Below, piece after piece: positions 51,362 through 52,969 of a DNA stretch of 52,969 nt. The notes below the pieces were generated by a model that had not been told where the DNA came from, ran no database searches, and worked only from the letters and a program-made list of their open reading frames with translations. The first letter of the stretch is position 1, and each line of letters opens with the position of its first letter. The translations under genes and the position numbers were made by a program. Source of the DNA: Candidatus Omnitrophota bacterium (GTDB lineage Bacteria > Omnitrophota > Gorgyraeia > Gorgyraeales > Gorgyraeaceae); the NCBI GenBank assembly GCA_026387235.1, contig JAPLMD010000044.1, forward strand, positions 1 through 52,969, given 5' to 3'.

Positions 51362-52624
51362 ATGGTTTTCCGAGCGCTTAAATACAGGAACTTCAGGCTC
51401 TTTTTTTCGGGCCAGGGCATCTCTTTGACAGGGACGTGGATGCAGAGTATAGCCATGAGCTGGCTTGTGTACAGGATGACGAATTCCGCGTTCATGCTTG
51501 GCGTAGTAGGATTTTCAAGCCAGATCCCGACGTTTATCCTGGCGCCTTTTACAGGAGTTCTTGCTGACAGGCATAACCGGCATAAGATGCTGGTGGTTAC
51601 GCAGACATTGGCAATGCTTCAGGCTTTTATTCTCGCGTTTCTGACGCTAACGGGGCATATCGCCGTATGGCATATTATAGTCTTGGGCGTATTTTTAGGG
51701 TGTATTAGCAGCCTTGATATTCCTGCGAGACATTCCTTTATATTGGAAATGGTAGAGGAAAAAGAGAATTTAGGAAACGCCATTGCGTTGAATTCAATGA
51801 TGTTTAATATGGCAAGGCTTATAGGGCCGTCAATAGCCGGCATTCTCATAGCTGTCGCAGGAGAGGGCGTCTGTTTTCTTATCAATGCAGTAAGTTATTT
51901 TGCTGTTATTGCTTCGCTTTTGGCAATGAAAATTCCGAGGCGCTATAATGAAAAAAAAGAAGCGGATTACAATATGCTCAAAGACCTGAGAGAAGGATTT
52001 AATTATGCTTTTGGATTTGTGCCCATCAAGGCAATATTATTTCTTCTGGGCATTATCAGTTTAATGGGCATGTCTTACGCGGTGTTGATGCCTGTTTTCG
52101 CAAAGGACATACTGCACGGCGGGCCTCATACATTAGGTTTTCTCATGGGCGCTGTTGGCATAGGATCTCTGGCAGGCACTATATACCTGGCATCAAAGAA
52201 AAATATAATTACGCTTGGCAGGATGTTACCTATAGCTGCGGGCATATTCGGCCTGAGCGTAATGATATTTTCGTTTTCGCATAATTTAGTGTTTTCTTTG
52301 GTCTTATTATTTTTTTCCGGTTTCGGTATCATGGTGCAGATGGCGGCCAGCAATACGATATTGCAAACAATCGTAGATGATGATAAACGCGGCAGGATAA
52401 TGAGTTTTTACACAATGGCATTTATGGGCATGGCGCCTTTTGGAAGTCTTTTTTCAGGCATGCTGGCAAGCAAGATAGGAGTTTCAAATACGCTGATAAT
52501 AAGCGGCTTATGCTGCATTCTGGCCGCCGTTATATTTGCTTTTAATCTACCGTCTTTAAGGAAGACAGTTCGGCCGATATATGTTAAAATGGGAATAGTT
52601 TCAGAGATCGAGATGAAAGGCTGA
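51362..52624 (+). CDS. MFS transporter (MFS_3 / EntS-like style)
   Basis: N terminus FRALKYRNFRLFFSGQGISLTGTWMQSIAMSWLVY, GVLADRHNRHK in loop 2-3, and about 12 hydrophobic helices. Confidence 0.85.
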   Translation: MVFRALKYRNFRLFFSGQGISLTGTWMQSIAMSWLVYRMTNSAFMLGVVGFSSQIPTFILAPFTGVLADRHNRHKMLVVTQTLAMLQAFILAFLTLTGHIAVWHIIVLGVFLGCISSLDIPARHSFILEMVEEKENLGNAIALNSMMFNMARLIGPSIAGILIAVAGEGVCFLINAVSYFAVIASLLAMKIPRRYNEKKEADYNMLKDLREGFNYAFGFVPIKAILFLLGIISLMGMSYAVLMPVFAKDILHGGPHTLGFLMGAVGIGSLAGTIYLASKKNIITLGRMLPIAAGIFGLSVMIFSFSHNLVFSLVLLFFSGFGIMVQMAASNTILQTIVDDDKRGRIMSFYTMAFMGMAPFGSLFSGMLASKIGVSNTLIISGLCCILAAVIFAFNLPSLRKTVRPIYVKMGIVSEIEMKG

Positions 52625-52775
52625 TATGAAACGCATACACTGGAAGATATTATTTACATGCGTCACCTGCATAACAATTACCCGTATCTTTTCTCCCTTG
52701 CCGTTAGGACCAATCCGTTTGATATAAAAGCTTCAGCTATAATAAAAGAATAAATAAACCTTTCTTGTTCTGCCT

Positions 52776-52952
52776 CCAGGCTGGGGCCTGAGGCGCATTT
52801 GAGAGGTTTCGGCATAATTGGTTCTTTAGAATATAAGCGCGCAAGGGATTACGGCGAAGTTTTTTATACTGTCAAGACTACCTGCAGTATAAAAAACGAG
52901 CCGTAAACCGAGCGGCCGGCTAAACACTCTCTGCGCCGAACGGCCCCAGCTG
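52776..52952 (-). repeat. rod-like structured intergenic repeat, long form, copy C (inverted relative to copy A)
   Basis: Its reverse complement aligns with copy A along the whole length: GCTGGGGCCGTTCGGCGCA..., ...CGGTTTACGGCTCGTTTTTTATACTGCAGGTAGTCTTGACAGTATAAAAAACTTCGCCGTAAT..., ...ATGCCGAAACCTCTCAAATGCGCCTCAGGCCCCAGCCTG. Confidence 0.85.
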
Positions 52953-52969
52953 GCTTAGCGGACACCGTG

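Noticed and set aside
52627-52728. A 33-codon ORF (MKRIHWKILFTCVTCITITRIFSPLPLGPIRLI) after the MFS gene.
   Set aside because: It has no SD and no recognisable features, and it lies in a repeat-bearing gap. The support is insufficient.
1-52969. Mobile genetic element, prophage or defence-island content (integrase, transposase, restriction-modification, toxin-antitoxin, Cas, or abortive-infection genes other than the weak CPBP-like motif).
   Set aside because: No ORF shows the corresponding signature motifs. The UvrD-like helicase has a full standard SF1 motif set and no nuclease or defence partner adjacent to it.

Overview
This is an AT-rich (by eye) bacterial chromosomal segment of about 53 kb. 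All 37 coding regions I can support lie on the + strand, and many are joined by ATGA-type start/stop overlaps. I see no rRNA, tRNA, CRISPR array, transposase, integrase or phage genes. Outer-membrane components (a TolC-like protein and a large putative beta-barrel ending in ...YYNGRF) indicate a diderm. The giant ORF and overall style suggest an uncultivated candidate-phylum organism, possibly Omnitrophota-like, but that is a guess I cannot verify without a search.

Gene content in order:
- A giant multidomain membrane protein of at least 2210 aa, open at the 5' window edge, followed by a small PilZ protein.
- A glycan-utilisation-like locus: CUT1-type ABC binding protein and two permeases, two paralogous TIM-barrel glycosidase-like proteins, a CBM-like lipoprotein, a 906-aa putative outer-membrane protein, a ROK regulator and a GPH symporter.
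- A TolC-like/adaptor/RND/RND efflux operon.
- A coiled-coil protein with a type II secretion / type IV pilus fragment (F protein and two pseudopilins).
- A YchF-like NTPase, then purH-folC-mnmE-folE.
- A BY-kinase-like protein, a small envelope/signalling cluster and two histidine kinases.
- Two small secreted paralogs, a phosphofructokinase, a UvrD-like helicase and an MFS transporter.

The most unusual content is non-coding, in three families of structured repeats:
1. A two-hairpin element placed immediately 5' of Shine-Dalgarno sequences (5 copies, with compensatory changes).
2. Octanucleotide tandem-repeat hairpins (RGWCACMA)n/(TKGTGTCY)n inside the 5' ends of two envelope genes and inside mnmE.
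3. A rod-like intergenic repeat in long (~180-190 nt) and short (~98 nt) forms.

Notable protein oddities are an RND pump with a C-terminal winged-helix domain, a TolC-like protein with an N-terminal TonB-C-like domain, and a visibly GC-richer GPH transporter gene bracketed by a 43-bp perfect duplication.
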